Assembly (NCBI GenBank): GCA_945957395.1
Contig: CAMFKE010000005.1
Location: 1-64,000 of the forward strand
Length of the DNA stretch: 64,000 bases
Reading direction: 5' to 3'
From: an uncultured Opitutia bacterium
Lineage (GTDB): Bacteria; Verrucomicrobiota; Verrucomicrobiia; Opitutales; UBA953
The notes beneath the pieces were generated by a model, which ran no database searches, had not been told where the DNA came from, and saw only the letters and a list, made by a program, of their open reading frames with translations. Of this stretch, positions 43,395 to 52,653 are shown one piece after another; positions within the stretch are counted from its first letter, which is position 1, and every line of letters starts with the position of its first letter. A program made the position numbers and the translations under genes.

Positions 43395-44648
43395 TCAGTA
43401 GGGCAGCGGGAACTTCGCGGAGAGCGCGACGGCGCCGGACCTGGCCTTTTCCAGCGTCTCAAGGTCGGTCGGATTGGAAAGCACGAGCGCGATGAGGCGC
43501 GCGATCTCCTTCATGTCCTCCTCCTTCATGCCGCGCGAGGTGACGGCGGGGGTGCCCAGACGCACGCCGGAAGCCTGGAAGGGCGAACGGGTCTCGTTGG
43601 GAACGGTGTTCTTGTTCGTCGTGATGTTGGCCAGGTCCAGGGCGAGCTGGGCGTCCTTGCCGGAGACGGCGGGGTGCGACTCGCGCAGGTCGCACAGCAC
43701 GAGGTGGTTGTCGGAGCCGCCGGAGACGAGCTTGAAGCCGTGACCGACGAGAGCCTCGGCGAGCGCCTTGGTGTTACGCACGATCTGCGCGGCGTACTCC
43801 TTGAACTCGGGCTTGAGAGCCTCGGCGAAGCACACGGCCTTGGCGGCGATGACATGCTCGAGGGGGCCGCCCTGCGTGCCGGGGAACACGGAGGAGTCGA
43901 TGGCCTTGGCGTGCTCGGCCTTGCACAGGATGAGGCCGCCGCGGGGACCGCGCAGGGTCTTGTGCGTGGTGGTGGTGACGAAGTCGGCGTGGGGCACGGG
44001 CGAGGGGTGCGCGCCGCCGGCCACGAGGCCCGCGATGTGGGCGATGTCGGCGAGCAGCAGCGCTCCGTTCTCGCGGGCGATGCGGCCGAAGCGCTCGAAG
44101 TCGATCTCGCGGGCGTAGGCGGAGGCGCCCACGGTGATCATCCTGGGCTTCTCGCGGCGGGCCATCTCGGCGACCTCGTCGTAGTTGATGCGGCCGTCCT
44201 TGCCCACGCCGTAATGGACAACCTTATACAGCTTGCCCGAGAAGTTGGCCGGGTTGCCGTGCGTGAGGTGACCGCCGTGCGAAAGGTCCATGGTCAGGAT
44301 CTTGTCGCCGGGCTGCAGCGTGGCGAAGTACACGGCGGCGTTGGCCTGCGAGCCGGAGTGCGGCTGCACATTCGCATGGTCGGCGCCGAAGAGTTTTTTG
44401 GCGCGGTCGATGGCGAGCTGCTCCACCTTGTCGACAAACTCGCAGCCCCCGTACCAGCGCTTGGCGGGGTAACCTTCGGCGTACTTGTTGGTGAGCACGG
44501 AACCCTGCGCTTCCATGACGGCGGGCAGGGTGAAGTTTTCCGAGGCGATGAGCTCGATGTGCGTCTGCTGGCGCTTCTTCTCCTGCTGGATGGCGGCGAA
44601 GATTTCGGGATCGAGCGTGGCGAGCGGGATGTTGGCGATGGCGGTCAT
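43395..44648 (-). CDS. glyA: Serine hydroxymethyltransferase
   Basis: [20 protein letters not shown]-lysine region [13 protein letters not shown]. Confidence 0.95.
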   Translation of the reverse strand: MTAIANIPLATLDPEIFAAIQQEKKRQQTHIELIASENFTLPAVMEAQGSVLTNKYAEGYPAKRWYGGCEFVDKVEQLAIDRAKKLFGADHANVQPHSGSQANAAVYFATLQPGDKILTMDLSHGGHLTHGNPANFSGKLYKVVHYGVGKDGRINYDEVAEMARREKPRMITVGASAYAREIDFERFGRIARENGALLLADIAHIAGLVAGGAHPSPVPHADFVTTTTHKTLRGPRGGLILCKAEHAKAIDSSVFPGTQGGPLEHVIAAKAVCFAEALKPEFKEYAAQIVRNTKALAEALVGHGFKLVSGGSDNHLVLCDLRESHPAVSGKDAQLALDLANITTNKNTVPNETRSPFQASGVRLGTPAVTSRGMKEEDMKEIARLIALVLSNPTDLETLEKARSGAVALSAKFPLPY

Positions 44649-44785
44649 GGAAACGAGTGGTCGGTTTTCGGTGATTCAGTTTTAGGAAAGGGAGGCCCCG
44701 CGCCGGATTCGGTTCAGCGCTCGTTCCGGCGGGCGCGACGGACTGAACACCGAAAAGCGAAAACGGGAAACTCGCGGCGAACCGT

Positions 44786-45220
44786 TCAGCAAAGCTTACC
44801 GACGCGGCGGGCGTGGCGGCCGCCCTCGAAGGCGGTCGAGAGGAAGATGCCGAGGTACTTCTTCGCCATGTCCGGCGTGATGTACTTCTGGCCGAACGCG
44901 ATGACATTGGCGTCGTTGTGCCGGCGGGTGAACTCCGCCATGTCCTCGTTCATGACGAGGGCGCAACGCGCCCCGTCGACCTTGTTTGCGGCGATGGAAA
45001 TGCCGATGCCGGAGGAGCACACGAGCACGCCGAAGTCGGCGCTTCCGCCCACCACCGCCCCGGCCACGGCCTTGCCGAAGTCGGGATAATCCACCGAATC
45101 CTTGGTATGCGCTCCGAGGTCGGCGACCTCGTGGCCCTGCTCGCGCAGGTGCGCGGCGAGGATGTTCTTCAGTTCAAAACCGGCGTGGTCACTGGCGAGG
45201 GCGAGGCGCATGGTGCGCAC
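44786..45220 (-). CDS. rpiB: Ribose-5-phosphate isomerase B
   Basis: MRLALASDHAGFELK, VLVCSSGIGISIAANK, EGGRHARRV motifs. The true start may be the ATG at 45211. Confidence 0.9.
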   Translation of the reverse strand: MRTMRLALASDHAGFELKNILAAHLREQGHEVADLGAHTKDSVDYPDFGKAVAGAVVGGSADFGVLVCSSGIGISIAANKVDGARCALVMNEDMAEFTRRHNDANVIAFGQKYITPDMAKKYLGIFLSTAFEGGRHARRVGKLC

Positions 45221-45305
45221 GGTTCAACGGCCCGGAAAAGGGACCGCAACATGTAAAATCCGCCTTGCACCCGCGGCGCGCGAACGACGCGCGGGACGCC
45301 AGGCA

Positions 45306-45803
45306 TCACCCTTCCCTTGAATCAGGCTCCGGCGGAAGCTCGCGCAGAAAACGCAGGATGCCGGGAATGGCCTCGATCATGGCGTCGCGGCACTCCTCGT
45401 ACTCGGTGAGGCCGCAGCCATACGGGTCCGGGATGTCCCGCGAAACGGCTCCGGGAACGAATTCGCGCATCAGAAAGACATGGGGAGGCAACCGGTCGAA
45501 CCGCGAACGCAGCGCGCGCAGGTGAGCCGAGGTCATGGCGAACAGCACCAGCGTCTCATCGAGAAGCTCCTGAGTGAGCGGCCGGCTGCGGTGGTCGTCG
45601 AGCGAAAGCCCGACGGCGCGCAGGGCTCTCAGCGCGTTGGAGGAGGCGGGTTCGCCGGGGTATGCGGCGACGCCGCAGGAAATCGGCAGGAGCGCCCTGA
45701 GCCGGCCCTCCTCGGCGGCAAGAGCGTGACGCAGGAGGCGCTCCGCCATGGGGCTTCGGCAGATATTCCCCGTGCAGAGGAAGGTGATATGTCGGCGGGC
45801 CAT
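45306..45803 (-). CDS. Low-molecular-weight protein-tyrosine phosphatase
   Basis: P-loop CTGNICRSP near the N-terminus and DPY motif (DIPDPYG). ATG at 45803 verified. Confidence 0.85.
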   Translation of the reverse strand: MARRHITFLCTGNICRSPMAERLLRHALAAEEGRLRALLPISCGVAAYPGEPASSNALRALRAVGLSLDDHRSRPLTQELLDETLVLFAMTSAHLRALRSRFDRLPPHVFLMREFVPGAVSRDIPDPYGCGLTEYEECRDAMIEAIPGILRFLRELPPEPDSREG

Positions 45804-45829
45804 GGCTCGGATTTGCAGGTTTCGACGAC

Positions 45830-46786
45830 TCAGCGTTTCGAGGAAACTTGCACGCCGCCCAACACCTGTAAAGCGGCAAGGACATCCTGAGCCCGCTGCA
45901 GCGCGGGGTCGACGGGATCGACCGAACCGGACTTGCCGTTCGACTCGACAAAATCCTTGCCCGAAGCGGCCACCGACTCGGTCTTGCCCAAAGACTCGCG
46001 GCGCAAGACGCCGGCGAGCGGGGTGCCGCGCTCCACGAGTTGCCACGCCAGGAACTCGTCCTCGGGCGCCACTTTCACCGGGAACTTGGGGGCGACGCCC
46101 GCCCCCACCAGGGACTCGCCGCCGGAAGGAAACACTTCGCCGGAAATGGCCCACCAGCCCGGGCGGCCCTCAAGGGGTTTGTAAGCGCCTGTCTCGCCTG
46201 CGGTCGAGGCGCCCACGAGGTGCACCTTGCCTTCCGCCTGAAGCGCGGCGAGCACCGCCTCCAGCGGGCCGGCGGTGCGCCCGTTCACGACCACCAACAC
46301 GGGCGGCGCGGGCCGGGCCTCGGATCCGGCGAGCGTGGCGGAACCCGGCACCTTCTCATACTCGCCGCGCACGGCCAGCTTCGGGACGGAACCTCCGGAG
46401 AGCGCCGAGCCCAAAGCCAGGCAGGCGTCGAGCTCGCCCATTCCCGTAGCCAGGTAGCGGCAATCGACCACCAGCGGGGTCTTGAGCGCGCGCTCGCGCA
46501 CGGCCTCAACATCGAGGGAGTAAAGCCGCAGGTAGACGCCGCCGCGCGGCAGCTCGGCCACGCGGGTCTTGCGCAGCTCGGGCACGGACCGACGGGCCGG
46601 CTTGGGCTCGGAGGAGAGAAGGCGCCCGGGGCACAGGGCGGCCACGCCGGCGAGCCGGACGTCCTCGGGCGACTTGTCCTTCAACTGCGGATACAGCTCC
46701 AAGGGGAACGCCGGCTCCGCAGCCGAGACTGAAAGCGAAAAAAGAAAAGCGGGGAGAAGGACCGTGTGTCTCATTCTGAAAATCAC
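45830..46786 (-). CDS. Secreted S41 (C-terminal processing peptidase)-like protein, probably catalytically inactive, no PDZ domain
   Basis: Signal peptide. S41 core blocks recognisable (LVVDCRYLATGMGELDA ~ LDLRNNPGG; PVLVVVNGRTAGPLEAVLAALQAEGKVHLVGASTAG ~ VVLVNxGSASASE...LVGxxTFGKG). The Ser nucleophile and general-base Lys positions are occupied by R/T and E. Confidence 0.6.
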   Translation of the reverse strand: MIFRMRHTVLLPAFLFSLSVSAAEPAFPLELYPQLKDKSPEDVRLAGVAALCPGRLLSSEPKPARRSVPELRKTRVAELPRGGVYLRLYSLDVEAVRERALKTPLVVDCRYLATGMGELDACLALGSALSGGSVPKLAVRGEYEKVPGSATLAGSEARPAPPVLVVVNGRTAGPLEAVLAALQAEGKVHLVGASTAGETGAYKPLEGRPGWWAISGEVFPSGGESLVGAGVAPKFPVKVAPEDEFLAWQLVERGTPLAGVLRRESLGKTESVAASGKDFVESNGKSGSVDPVDPALQRAQDVLAALQVLGGVQVSSKR

Positions 46787-46808
46787 TCCTCTTTTTTCGC
46801 CCTGAGTC

Positions 46809-48119
46809 TCACTTCCGGGAGGCGGCGTCGCGCTTGAGCTGGCGCGCGCCGATGTCGCGGCGGAACTGCATGCCCTCGAACTTCACGGTGTCGACGACGC
46901 CGTAGGCGCGCCCGGCGGCCTCGGCGAGCGTGGAGCCGTGGGCGACCACGCCGAGCACGCGACCGCCGGAGGTGACGATGCGTCCGGCGGCGTCACGCCT
47001 GGTGCCGGCATGCACGATGGAGGTGTGCTCGGGCAGCGTGGCGGGCAGCGTGATGACATCGCCCTTGCGGATGTCGCCGGGGTAGCCGCCGGCGGCGAGC
47101 ACGACGATGATGGTGGCGCCGCCCTTCCACTCGACCAGCGAAGGCTCGAGCGTGCCGGTGGCGCAGGCGTGCATGAGCGCGAGCGGGTCGGTCTTCAGCA
47201 TGGGCAGGAGAATCTGGCACTCGGGATCGCCGAAGCGGACATTGAACTCCACCACGCGCGGCCCGGTCTTCGTCACCATGATGCCGACATAAAGGGTGCC
47301 GCGGTAGTCGATGCCCTCGGCCTTCAGCCCGCGCAGAGTGGGCTCGACGATCTCCTCGCGCACACGGCGGTCGACCTCGGCGGTCACGACGCCGGTGGGC
47401 GTATAGGCGCCCATGCCCCCGGTATTCGGACCAGTGTCGCCTTCGCCCACGCGCTTGTGGTCCTGACTGGGCGGCAGAATCACATATTTCTCGCCGCAGA
47501 CCATGACCATGATGGAGGCCTCCTCACCCTCCATGAACTCCTCCACAAGGACCTCGTCGCCGGAGGCGCCGAAAATCTTGTCGTCCATCATCTCGCGGAT
47601 GGCGCGAGCGGCCTCCTCATAATCCCGGGGGATGACCACACCCTTGCCCGCGGCCAGGCCGCTGGCCTTGATGACGGTCGGGTAGGTTTCGCCCCTGAGG
47701 TACGCAAGCGCATCGGCGGCCTTGGTGAACTTCGCGCCTCGGGCGGTGGGGATGTTGTGACGGACAAGGAAATCCTTCGTGAACACCTTGCTCGCTTCCA
47801 GCATCGCGCCGGCCTTGCGCGGACCGTACACGGCGAAGCCGGCGTCCTCCAGCGCGTCGGCGGCGCCAAGGGCCAGGGGAACCTCGGGGCCTACGATGAC
47901 GAAATTCACCGCGAGCTTCTTCGCGAGCGCCACAATGGCGGGCACATCCGTGACATCGAGCGGGTGGCAGGGGCAATCCATCTCCATGCCCACATTGCCG
48001 GGGGCGGCGACGACTCCCTCCACCAGCGCGCTGCGCTTGCAGGCCTGAACGAGCGCATGCTCGCGGCCGCCGGAGCCGATGACGAGGACATTGAGGGACT
48101 TGTTAGCGGGGGAAGCCAT
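46809..48119 (-). CDS. purD: Phosphoribosylamine--glycine ligase
   Basis: MASPANKSLNVLVIGSGGREHAL N-terminus, ATP-grasp domain, GGMGAY... motifs. Confidence 0.95.
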   Translation of the reverse strand: MASPANKSLNVLVIGSGGREHALVQACKRSALVEGVVAAPGNVGMEMDCPCHPLDVTDVPAIVALAKKLAVNFVIVGPEVPLALGAADALEDAGFAVYGPRKAGAMLEASKVFTKDFLVRHNIPTARGAKFTKAADALAYLRGETYPTVIKASGLAAGKGVVIPRDYEEAARAIREMMDDKIFGASGDEVLVEEFMEGEEASIMVMVCGEKYVILPPSQDHKRVGEGDTGPNTGGMGAYTPTGVVTAEVDRRVREEIVEPTLRGLKAEGIDYRGTLYVGIMVTKTGPRVVEFNVRFGDPECQILLPMLKTDPLALMHACATGTLEPSLVEWKGGATIIVVLAAGGYPGDIRKGDVITLPATLPEHTSIVHAGTRRDAAGRIVTSGGRVLGVVAHGSTLAEAAGRAYGVVDTVKFEGMQFRRDIGARQLKRDAASRK

Positions 48120-48360
48120 GGCTTTGAAAAGAAAGGAAGGAAAGAGCCGCGCCACGCCGAAGCGAAGGCGTGTGGTGCGCACGGTGTGGTGCGCGGGCCG
48201 CCCGCGGGCAAGCCCGTTCGCCGAGGCACCCTCGCCCCGCCCTCGCTCATGCCCGCGCGCCGGCCAGCCGAAGCGCCCGCCGGCCCGGGCCGGGTTTTAC
48301 AGGAATACGCATTTGCGGCTCACCATACGGGAAACTACGCTCCGGGGTGAACCATTCAAG

Positions 48361-49455
48361 ATGATGAACCACGCCTCCCCTGCCCGCCCCAGCCCGCACT
48401 CCCGCTTCCTCGGGGCATGGTATGGACTTTTTATCGGCGACGCCCTCGCGCTGCCCTCCGACGGCTATTACAATCTCAAGAAAATCACCGACGACTACGG
48501 GGATTTCTCCAACTACGAAGCTCCGCGCGAGCCGCACCCGCACAGCGACATGCGCCGTGTTCCCGCGGACGCCTTCGCCGGCCCGCTGGATTGCCTCATG
48601 CACCGGCGAGAACTCTGGGGAAGACCGGGCACACACTACCACCACGGCCTGAATGCGGGCGATAACTCGCTCTCCGCCACGCTGGCCCTGGAGCTGGCCG
48701 GCTCTCTGGTCGACAAGGGCAGATACGACCGTGACGACTGGGTGGAACGCTACCGCAAAGTCATGCTGACCCCGGACGGCCACCGCGATTTCTACATCCC
48801 TGCGGCGCATCGCACCTTCATCGGCAATCTCAGCAAGAATCTGCCCCCGGACAGATGCGGGGAGGACGACACGCACATCGCGGGGCTGGTGGAGGCGGCG
48901 CCCATCATGTTGCTGCGCGCCAACAACACGGACGCACTCTTCCGCGAGCTGGCTCCGCAGATAGCGCTGGTACGGCGCGGGTGCACACTCCGCAGGGCGG
49001 CCATGCTCATCGCCGACATCCTGCGACTGCTGCTTGCCGGTTACTCCCTCGACGACGCCTGTTTCAAGAAACTCGGGCACACGCACCACCCCTACCTGGC
49101 GTTCCCCTATCATCGCTGGATACAGCACCACACGATGGAGCATGTCGCCACGCATGAGCTCAGCCAGGGAGCCTCCGGCGACGACGCCGTGCCGCTGTCG
49201 CTGTTCATCGCGCTCAAGCATGCCGATGATTTCGGCGAGGCGGTGGTGACCAACGCCACCCTGGGAGGCGATTCGGCGCACCGAGGATCCCTGGTGGGCC
49301 TGCTGCTCGGCGCCTCCGTCGGCCTGGAGGCGATACCGAAACACCTGGTCAACGGCCTCGCCAACCGCAAGGAGATCGAAGCGTCGGGAGAGGCCCTTTG
49401 GAAAACGCTGATGGGCACCGTGCCGACCGCGCTAAAGCCCGGTTACGCCTGCTAA
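48361..49455 (+). CDS. ADP-ribosylglycohydrolase (ARH/DraG-like) family protein
   Basis: LGAWYGLFIGDALALP N-terminal metal-site motif and C-terminal ATLGGDSAHRGSLVGLLLGA motif typical of PF03747. Confidence 0.8.
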   Translation: MMNHASPARPSPHSRFLGAWYGLFIGDALALPSDGYYNLKKITDDYGDFSNYEAPREPHPHSDMRRVPADAFAGPLDCLMHRRELWGRPGTHYHHGLNAGDNSLSATLALELAGSLVDKGRYDRDDWVERYRKVMLTPDGHRDFYIPAAHRTFIGNLSKNLPPDRCGEDDTHIAGLVEAAPIMLLRANNTDALFRELAPQIALVRRGCTLRRAAMLIADILRLLLAGYSLDDACFKKLGHTHHPYLAFPYHRWIQHHTMEHVATHELSQGASGDDAVPLSLFIALKHADDFGEAVVTNATLGGDSAHRGSLVGLLLGASVGLEAIPKHLVNGLANRKEIEASGEALWKTLMGTVPTALKPGYAC

Positions 49456-49553
49456 GCCCCCCCGCTGATACGCGCCGGACTCGCCCCCCGGCGCGTTTCG
49501 TCGTTTACCCTTTGCCCGTTCGCATACGCCCGGCATCCTCTTGGAGAAACGAC

Positions 49554-50411
49554 ATGCTCCTACGCGTACACATTCTGGCGGCAGCCTGGCTGGCGCTTGC
49601 CTCATCAAGGCTGGTGGCGGACCCGGTCGAGGGTGATTCGCGGGCCGGGGTCGTCGACAAACTGGGGGCGCCGACCGGCCAATTGAGCATCGGAGACATG
49701 GAACGGCTGATCTACCCTCGCGGAGAAGTGACCCTCAGGGGCGGCCAGGTGACCTCGGTGAAGCTCATGAGCGTAAAGGAATGGGAAGCGAGCGAGCGCC
49801 GGCGCTCGGCCGAGCGGAAAGCACGAGCCGAGGCGACTGCCATGGAATCGCAGGCACGGGATGACGCCGCCCGAAAAGGCGCGGAGGCGCTGGGCCTGTT
49901 GCTCGATGATGCGCGATGGAAGGACGCCCCCCCGGAGGACCGCATGGAAATCTTGAACCGGTTCGCCAAAGCCTTTCCGGGCGCCGACATCAGCTTGGTT
50001 CGCGCGGAATGCGCGAAAAGACTGGAGGCCCGGCTCGCCGAAAAGCGCCGTCTGGCCGAACTGGAAGCCCGGGTGGCGCTGGCCGAGGCCAAGGCACGCG
50101 AAGCCGAAGCCCGCGCGCGCACGGCGGAGGCCGGCGCCGAATCGGCCATGGCCGCGGCCCGCCGGTCGGCGCAGGAGGCCCAAGCGGCGGCCCGAGCCCG
50201 GGACGAGGGCGGTTTGCGCGCCTACTCATTCACACGAGGAGGCCTCATCGACGGCCGCCCGGCTGACTGGTGCCCGCCCGCCCGACAGGGCGCCTCGGTG
50301 ACCATCGTCAACGGCAACACCATCATCCAAACGGGAACACCTCCGCAGGGGGCGACCCAGCGGCCGATCGTGGTCATACCGCCGCCCAAGCCTCGCCAAA
50401 ACACGCCCTGA
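49554..50411 (+). CDS. Secreted hypothetical protein with Ala/Arg/Glu-rich coiled-coil segment
   Basis: ggag RBS before ATG 49554. Signal peptide MLLRVHILAAAWLALASS, then EARLAEKRRLAELEARVALAEAKAREAEARARTAEAG coiled-coil-like region. Confidence 0.5.
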   Translation: MLLRVHILAAAWLALASSRLVADPVEGDSRAGVVDKLGAPTGQLSIGDMERLIYPRGEVTLRGGQVTSVKLMSVKEWEASERRRSAERKARAEATAMESQARDDAARKGAEALGLLLDDARWKDAPPEDRMEILNRFAKAFPGADISLVRAECAKRLEARLAEKRRLAELEARVALAEAKAREAEARARTAEAGAESAMAAARRSAQEAQAAARARDEGGLRAYSFTRGGLIDGRPADWCPPARQGASVTIVNGNTIIQTGTPPQGATQRPIVVIPPPKPRQNTP

Positions 50412-50492
50412 GTCGCGAAAAACAAAGCCGGCGGCCTCCCTCAGGAAAGCCGCCGGCAGCACTTTGAAATCCCCGGATTTCAGCGCGTAAGC

Positions 50493-50957
50493 TCAAAACA
50501 GCTCAGCCACGACCTGAACTTCAACGGAAGCGTTGAGCGGCAGGCCGTTCACCGAAACGGCGGCGCGCGCGTGCGGGCCCACGCTGGTGCCGAAAACCTG
50601 CACAAACAGGTCTGAGGCGCCGTTGATCACCTTCGGGCTGTCCGCAAAGCCGTCCACGCCGTTGACGAAGCCGGAGACGAACACGATGCGGGAGACACGA
50701 TCCAGGGAGCCTGCCGCCGCATGCAGATTCGCAAGCGTGTTGAGCGCGCACTGACGAGCGGCCGCGTAGCCATACTCGATGTCATTGGCACCGTCGCCGA
50801 TTTTACCCGTGTGGGTAAGCTGGCCGTCCTGCATCGGCAGCGTTCCGGCAAGGTAGATGAGTTTGCCCGTCTTCACGGCGGGCACATAGGAGCCGGCGGC
50901 GGCGGGGGGCTTGGGCAGAGTAAGGTGAAGTTCGAGAAGCTTCTTTTCAGCGGACAT
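50493..50957 (-). CDS. RidA/YjgF-family reactive-intermediate deaminase-like protein
   Basis: YjgF/chorismate-mutase-like fold pattern (GKLIYLAGTLP...RVSRIVFVSGF...ARAAVSVNGLP). Confidence 0.8.
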   Translation of the reverse strand: MSAEKKLLELHLTLPKPPAAAGSYVPAVKTGKLIYLAGTLPMQDGQLTHTGKIGDGANDIEYGYAAARQCALNTLANLHAAAGSLDRVSRIVFVSGFVNGVDGFADSPKVINGASDLFVQVFGTSVGPHARAAVSVNGLPLNASVEVQVVAELF

Positions 50958-51090
50958 GGGAGGAGAAGTGCGGGGTTGCTTTATTGGAATTGCGCCAGCA
51001 CGGATGCAGCACGGGCTTCGAATCCGCAAGGCGCTTGTCCGTCCCCCGGGGTAAAAATGCGCGCGCCGCCGCACCTGCGCGCCGGAGATT

Positions 51091-51942
51091 TTATTTGGCG
51101 TCCGCCCGGCGCTTCGCCTCGCGAAGAGGCTTGAGCCGCAACCTCGCCATGAGGCGCCATCCCATGCTCGCGGCGAACGCCTTGGGCATGCGCTGAGAGA
51201 AAAACGCCAACAGCTTGTTTGGGAATCCGTTCACCACCTGGGCCCGCCCCTTGGCCATGGCGCTGATGCTTTCGCGCACCACCTGCTCCGGCGTGAGCCC
51301 ATAGCCGGGCACCGGCGCCTCGCCGAATCCGGCACGCCGGAAAAAGTTTGTCGCCGTGGGGCCGGGACAAACCGCAAGAGACCTGACGCCATGACGCCGA
51401 CCTTCGCAGTCAAGCGCCAGGCTCCAATGAAGCAGGAACGCCTTGCTCGCCGCATAGGTGGCCAAAAACGGGGTGGGCTGATAGGCCGCAAGCGAGGCGA
51501 CATTCACAATCTGGCCGCCCCTGCGAAGAATCTCCGGCCACAGAAGTCCGGTCAAAAGCACCGGCGCTCGACAGTTCAAATCCACCATCGAGGCGTTGTG
51601 CCCGGGGTTCGGGTCGGGGAACTCCCCATAAGCGCCAAATCCGCTGTTATTGACGAGCAAAACGGGCCCCGAACAGCCCCGCCCCAACATCATCGCAAGA
51701 AGCTCGGCAGCAACAGCTTGCAACTCCTCAATGCGCTCCAAATCGCAGGTGAAATGCCGGCGGCGTTCGCAGTCTGTAAAAGCCTCCGGGCGGGTGCGGG
51801 ACAGATTGCACACGAACGCCCCCGGAGCTAGGCTGTCTATCGCCCTGAGAAACTCCGCTCCGATACCGGAAGAGCCTCCGGTCACAACGACCCAGGAAAA
51901 CCGACGCAGAAAGGAAACCTCCTTCGATTCTTCGGAAAACAT
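51091..51942 (-). CDS. Short-chain dehydrogenase/reductase (SDR)
   Basis: VVVTGGSSGIG, NNSG, catalytic YAASK. Confidence 0.8.
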   Translation of the reverse strand: MFSEESKEVSFLRRFSWVVVTGGSSGIGAEFLRAIDSLAPGAFVCNLSRTRPEAFTDCERRRHFTCDLERIEELQAVAAELLAMMLGRGCSGPVLLVNNSGFGAYGEFPDPNPGHNASMVDLNCRAPVLLTGLLWPEILRRGGQIVNVASLAAYQPTPFLATYAASKAFLLHWSLALDCEGRRHGVRSLAVCPGPTATNFFRRAGFGEAPVPGYGLTPEQVVRESISAMAKGRAQVVNGFPNKLLAFFSQRMPKAFAASMGWRLMARLRLKPLREAKRRADAK

Positions 51943-52000
51943 GGGACCGCATTGGTGCGGCGGCAGACCTCAAGGCAAACCACAAAGCTCAAGAACAGAC

Positions 52001-52366
52001 ATGAACAGCAACATCGTTATCTCGGGAAACCACATCGACCTCACCGACGGACTGAAGGCCCATGTCATCGACAAGATGGCTCGTCTCTTCAAGCACAACG
52101 AACGCATCATCCGTCTCAATGTGGAACTGTGCTACACGCACAACCGGGATAAACAGAACGAGTTCATCGCCAAGGGCCACATCGCGGTGAACGGGCCTGA
52201 CATCGAGGGATCCGTGGCATCCAACGACCTTTACGCCTCCATCGACATGCTCGTGGACAAATTGGACAGACAGATCGCGAAGCGGCATGAGAAACATAAG
52301 GACAAGCGCAACCACCCGCACGGGATTGAGTTTGATGTGGGCCTGCCGAAAGTCGGCGTAGCCTGA
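52001..52366 (+). CDS. hpf: Ribosome hibernation-promoting factor / RaiA (short form, 121 aa)
   Basis: MNSNIVISGNHIDLTDGLKAHVIDKMARL...YASIDMLVDKLDRQIAKRHEKHKD is classic HPF/YfiA. Gene GC ~52%. Confidence 0.9.
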   Translation: MNSNIVISGNHIDLTDGLKAHVIDKMARLFKHNERIIRLNVELCYTHNRDKQNEFIAKGHIAVNGPDIEGSVASNDLYASIDMLVDKLDRQIAKRHEKHKDKRNHPHGIEFDVGLPKVGVA

Positions 52367-52406
52367 CAACACAAGGATTCAACAGGGTGACACCTGCTGA
52401 ACACGA

Positions 52407-52439
52407 CGCCCCCCGCACTCAAGCGGGGGGCGTTTTTTT
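52407..52439 (+). terminator. Rho-independent terminator after hpf
   Basis: cgccccccgc-actcaa-gcggggggcg followed by T7. Confidence 0.65.
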
Positions 52440-52653
52440 GCGCCGGCGAATCGATTGCGCAAGCAGCGGTGAGCGCACGCCGCGCCCGGGGAGTTTGCCA
52501 AGCCGTCCGACCCGGACACGCCTCTGGCGCAAACCACGGGGAAAGGGGAGACGCGAGAAGACTCGAAGCCTGACGGAAACGAGCAGCCTTTCGCCTTGCC
52601 ACCCCCCCACCCCGACCTAGCAATCCGCCTCCAACACTTTTTCCGGCCAAACC

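Noticed and set aside
51001-51040. tRNA-like ttcgaatcc T-loop motif in the spacer between the RidA and SDR genes
   Set aside because: The flanking bases do not form a 5-bp T-stem and no acceptor or anticodon arms could be built. I could not identify a tRNA anywhere in the window by eye; a tRNAscan-SE run would be decisive.
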